From IMG/VR virus record IMGVR_UViG_3300044949_001706, positions 1 through 24,813 of that record: DNA of 24,813 nucleotides, one strand, 5' to 3'. The DNA is from a virus (taxonomy: Duplodnaviria; Caudoviricetes). The position numbers and the translations under genes are program-made. Positions 24,768-24,813 of this stretch are shown in pieces; positions within the stretch are counted from its first letter, which is position 1, and the number at the start of each line of letters is the position of its first letter. The notes beneath the pieces are model-generated. The model was not told where the DNA came from, ran no database searches, and saw nothing but the letters and a program-made list of their open reading frames with translations.

Positions 24768-24813
24768 AAGAATATACGGGTGAGATTGAAGTTGGCTAGA
24801 TGCGTGCGGTTAC

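Noticed and set aside
1-24813. Integrase, att sites, tRNA genes, reverse transcriptase/DGR, tail sheath
   Set aside because: None recognised in this window, so lifestyle and host cannot be determined from it.

Overview
The window is the packaging, head and tail region of a GC-rich tailed dsDNA phage or prophage with siphovirus-like gene order, encoded almost entirely on the minus strand. Read from right to left: terminase small and large subunits, an antisense HNH gene, a DUF1073-type portal, an 878-aa modular protein, a MuF/gp7 minor head protein, a second antisense HNH-type endonuclease, a block of basic modular proteins ending in an ADP-ribosyltransferase (ART), a beta-rich virion-like protein, an antisense XRE regulator, a DUF2213-type protease/scaffold, a head decoration protein, a DUF2184-type major capsid, head-tail proteins, a tail tube with an Ig-like extension, tail assembly chaperones G/GT, and a tape measure with an internal lysozyme-like domain that runs off the left edge. 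The most notable inferred system lies between portal and protease. It is a set of polyprotein-like ORFs whose modules are separated by R-x-D motifs, which also occur in the portal, protease and capsid termini. Four modules start with an identically spaced C-G-x3-I-x5-C motif followed by a hydrophobic helix and a variable cargo. One cargo is an ART that appears reachable only through a lambda-type GGGAAAG -1 frameshift. Other highlights: an HNH element that seems to have replaced the 3' half of the MuF gene with an AT-rich allele and left the old C-terminus stranded, a 20-bp-period repeat array before the portal gene, and a candidate structured RNA. All family names come from motif recognition by eye; no database searches were run.
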